Source: an uncultured Acidobacteriota bacterium
GTDB lineage: Bacteria > Acidobacteriota > Thermoanaerobaculia > Multivoradales > SZUA-115
Reading direction: 5' to 3'
Assembly (NCBI GenBank): GCA_963805975.1
Contig: CAWDVR010000002.1
Location: 640,001-704,000 of the forward strand
Length of the DNA stretch: 64,000 bases
Both the position numbers and the translations under genes were made by a program. The notes beneath the pieces are model-generated. The model was not told where the DNA came from and did no database searches. It worked only from the letters and a program-made list of their open reading frames with translations. Of the stretch, positions 61,435 to 64,000 are shown one piece after another (the first letter of the stretch is position 1; every line of letters begins with the position of its first letter).

Positions 61435-61827
61435 ATGAGCGAGGCGATGCTCGAAGCCGCAAGGGCCCTGGCTGCCGACCCGCGGGTCCTCGCGGTCTAT
61501 GCGTTCGGATCCCAGGCCCGCGGCGTTGCACGACCTCACAGCGACCTCGATCTGGCCGTCCTTCTCGATCGGTCTGTCAGCCTGCGCGAGGAGCTGGCAC
61601 TGCGCGCCGAGGTCGTGGACGCTCTCCATCGCGACGACATCGACCTGGTGGTCCTGAACCTCGCTCCACCGCTGCTGCGCTACGAGGTGATCTCGGCAGG
61701 CTCGCGGCTCTACTGCCGATCCGCCCTGGAGGCCGATCACTTCGAGGAGAAGTCTCTGCGCGAGTATCTCGACACCGCTCACCTGCGCCGCGTCCAACAG
61801 GATCTCGCCCGACAGGCCGCAGCATGA
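61435..61827 (+). CDS. mntA: MntA-type minimal nucleotidyltransferase antitoxin (type VII TA)
   Basis: FGSQARG..SDLDLAV, IDLVVLN. Confidence 0.88.
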   Translation: MSEAMLEAARALAADPRVLAVYAFGSQARGVARPHSDLDLAVLLDRSVSLREELALRAEVVDALHRDDIDLVVLNLAPPLLRYEVISAGSRLYCRSALEADHFEEKSLREYLDTAHLRRVQQDLARQAAA

Positions 61828-62261
61828 CCTTGCGACCGGCGGTGGTGCGCGAGCGGCTCCGTAAGCTGCGGGAGGTGGTGCGCAATCTCGAGAGCCTTCA
61901 GAGCATCGAGCGCGCCGATTTCACCGTCTCTTTTCGCCACTACTGGCTGGCCGAACGCGGCCTGCAGCTCGCCGCCGAGTGCCTGCTCGATATCGGCAAC
62001 CATATTCTCGCGGGACAGTTCAACGTCCACCCGAGCGACTACGAGGACGTGGTTCGCAAGCTGGCCGAGCATCGGGTCGTGTCCGAGGAGCTGCGGCAGG
62101 ATCTGCGCGGCCTGGGCGGCTTCCGCAACCTCCTCGTCCACGAGTACCAGGACATCGACCTCGACCGAGTGTACGACTACCTGCAAACCGGCCTTGGGAG
62201 CTTCAAGGCTTTCGCCGAGGAGATCGAGGCTTTCCTGGAGCGCTCGCCAGACAGCGATTAG
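61824..62261 (+). CDS. hepT: HepT (DUF86) HEPN RNase toxin
   Basis: FRNLLVHEY (Rx4HxY); ATGA overlap with mntA. Confidence 0.9.
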   Translation: MTLRPAVVRERLRKLREVVRNLESLQSIERADFTVSFRHYWLAERGLQLAAECLLDIGNHILAGQFNVHPSDYEDVVRKLAEHRVVSEELRQDLRGLGGFRNLLVHEYQDIDLDRVYDYLQTGLGSFKAFAEEIEAFLERSPDSD

Positions 62262-63447
62262 CCGTCGGTCTTCGGTATGGCCGCCTCGCCCGACGAAGCA
62301 ACTGCCGCCCCGGCCGCGGCCCATCCCCCCGGTACACCGCCGAGCTCTTGTAGGCAGCCAGCCAGTGGCGGGCGAAGACCTGGATGGCCGCCGCGGTGGG
62401 CACGGCGACCAGCATGCCGATGAAGCCGAAGAGGCTGCCGCCGGCGATCACCGCGAGCAGCACCCACACCGGATGGAGGTTGACGTTCTTGCCCAGGATG
62501 CGCGGCGAGAGCACCGTGCCTTCGAGGAACTGGGCACCGGCGAAGACCGCCGCCACCGCCGCCAGGCGGCCGAGGCTCTGGTGCTCCACCCAGCAGAGGA
62601 GGAGCGCCGGCGTCAGGCCCACCACCAGCGCCATGTAGGGAATCATGTTGGCGAGGCCGGCCACGATACCGATCACGATCCCCATCGGCACGCCGATCAC
62701 CATCATGCCGGTGGCGTTGATGGCGGCCAGGATGAGCGCGATGGTGAGCTGGCCGCGCAGGAAGCCGGCGACCGCGCCGTCCACCTCCTGCGCCCGCTCG
62801 AGAACGGTCGGGCGGTAGGGGATCGGAACCAGATCCACGGCGGCGCGCTTGATCTTCGGGAAGTCCACCAGCAGATAGAAGGCGAAAACCGGCACGAAGA
62901 TCAGGTTGAGCAGCACCAGCAGGAAGCGCAGCGCGTTACCCGCCAGCGCGCCCAGCATCTTGCCCGCCCGGCCGGCGACGTCGGGAAGGTTCTCGGAGAG
63001 CGAGCTCCGCAGGCGTTGCTCGAGGCTTCCCATCTCCTCCGGAAACTGCTGCTGGAGGGTGGCGATCCAGGGCGCGAACTTTGCCTCCAACTGCGTCCGG
63101 TACTGCGGGAGGCGGCTGCCCAGGCTCTTCACCTGCTCACCGATCGCCGGCACCAGGTACATGAAGAACGCCGCCAGGAAGAGCAGCAGGATGGCCATCA
63201 CCGCCACCACGCCCAGCGAGCGGGAGAGGCCTCGCCGCTCGAACCAGGTCACCAGAGGGTCGAAGAGGTAGGCGATCGCGAGGCCCATCAGGAGCGGGGC
63301 GAAGATCTCGTCGAAGACGATCACCAGCACCAGGAGCAGCGTCAACGCGCCGAAGAAAACCAGCAGCCGCAGCCAGGCGGGGTCGATGCGGGCCAGCCAG
63401 CGCGGGGGTGGCGGGGTGGGTGGGGAGACAGTGCGGGCGACGGGCAT
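62203..63447 (-). CDS. AI-2E (PerM) family transporter
   Basis: AYLFDPLV, FLRGQL, IPY, LSPRILG, LHPVWV, GMLVAVP. Confidence 0.9.
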   Translation of the reverse strand: MPVARTVSPPTPPPPRWLARIDPAWLRLLVFFGALTLLLVLVIVFDEIFAPLLMGLAIAYLFDPLVTWFERRGLSRSLGVVAVMAILLLFLAAFFMYLVPAIGEQVKSLGSRLPQYRTQLEAKFAPWIATLQQQFPEEMGSLEQRLRSSLSENLPDVAGRAGKMLGALAGNALRFLLVLLNLIFVPVFAFYLLVDFPKIKRAAVDLVPIPYRPTVLERAQEVDGAVAGFLRGQLTIALILAAINATGMMVIGVPMGIVIGIVAGLANMIPYMALVVGLTPALLLCWVEHQSLGRLAAVAAVFAGAQFLEGTVLSPRILGKNVNLHPVWVLLAVIAGGSLFGFIGMLVAVPTAAAIQVFARHWLAAYKSSAVYRGDGPRPGRQLLRRARRPYRRPTANRCLASAPGKPRSPRRKP

Positions 63448-63461
63448 GGGAGGGACCGATC

Positions 63462-64000
63462 CTACCGGAAGAGCGGCAGCTGGCCGCGTTCCTGCGCCGA
63501 GACGAGGTTCGAGACACTCACCCCCAGGAGGCGCACCGGCCGGCGGCCGGCCTCGGTCGCCGCGAGGAGCGCCGCGGCGTGGCGCGCGATCTCGGTACCC
63601 TCGGTCACGCTCCAGGGCACGCTCCGGGCGCGGGTGAGGGTCGTGAAATCGCCGTAGCGCACCTTGAGGGTCACCGTCCGCGCCGCGATCCCGCGGCGGC
63701 CGAGCGAGCCCGCCACCAGCTCGGACAGGCGCTCGATCTCGGTCCGCACGGCGGCGAGCTCCCGCAAGTCCTCGGCGTAAGTCCGCTCGTTGCCGACGCT
63801 CTTGCGCTCCCGGTGGGACTCGACCGGGCGCGGGTCCTCGCCGCGCGCGTAGCGATAGAGGGCCTCGCCGTAGCGGCCGAAGCGGGCTTCGAGCTCCTCG
63901 GGAGAGCGCACTCGCAGGTCGGCCACGCTCTCGATCCCCATCTCGACGAGAGCGCGCTCGGTGGCCGGCCCCACACCGTGGAGCCGGCGCACCGCGAGCG
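63462..64000 (-). CDS. dinB: DNA polymerase IV, C-terminal part (5' end outside the window)
   Basis: LHGVG, RKSVGNERT, VTLKVRYGDF, VRLLGVSVS. Confidence 0.9.
   Translation of the reverse strand, partial: LAVRRLHGVGPATERALVEMGIESVADLRVRSPEELEARFGRYGEALYRYARGEDPRPVESHRERKSVGNERTYAEDLRELAAVRTEIERLSELVAGSLGRRGIAARTVTLKVRYGDFTTLTRARSVPWSVTEGTEIARHAAALLAATEAGRRPVRLLGVSVSNLVSAQERGQLPLFR

Noticed and set aside
61435-62261. HepT HEPN as part of the retron system
   Set aside because: It is 53 kb away and paired with its own MntA, so it is an ordinary type VII TA.

Overview
High-GC bacterial chromosomal window. The gene content (lipoprotein PDZ-TPR-CHAT, tricorn protease, BNR proteins) suggests Acidobacteriota/Thermoanaerobaculia, which is an inference. 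The backbone is housekeeping: uvrA, sucC-sucD-ndk, mdh, icd, a polyphosphate cluster (ppx, sixA, ppk1, ParA-like, CHAD), cdd, hslR and partial dinB. It is interspersed with secreted hydrolases and about eight toxin-antitoxin-type loci. The standout is an apparently complete retron at 6459-8814: a HEPN protein, a winged-HTH protein, a structured msr/msd-like ncRNA (16-nt a1/a2-like inverted repeat, 7-bp and 14-bp hairpins) and a retron-type reverse transcriptase. This matches the type IX (HEPN + HTH) architecture, and the ncRNA's 3' arm overlaps the probable RT start. Other items: a CTAG-ended MITE carrying a REP doublet, two secreted Cys-rich peptides sharing a PVW-x-C motif (one beside a lipoprotein CHAT protease and a CPBP protease), a lone low-GC SLATT-like gene within the polyP cluster, an apparently catalytically dead S51 peptidase, and three frameshifted genes. 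No rRNA, tRNA or CRISPR array was seen. All calls come from reading motifs by eye; no searches were run.
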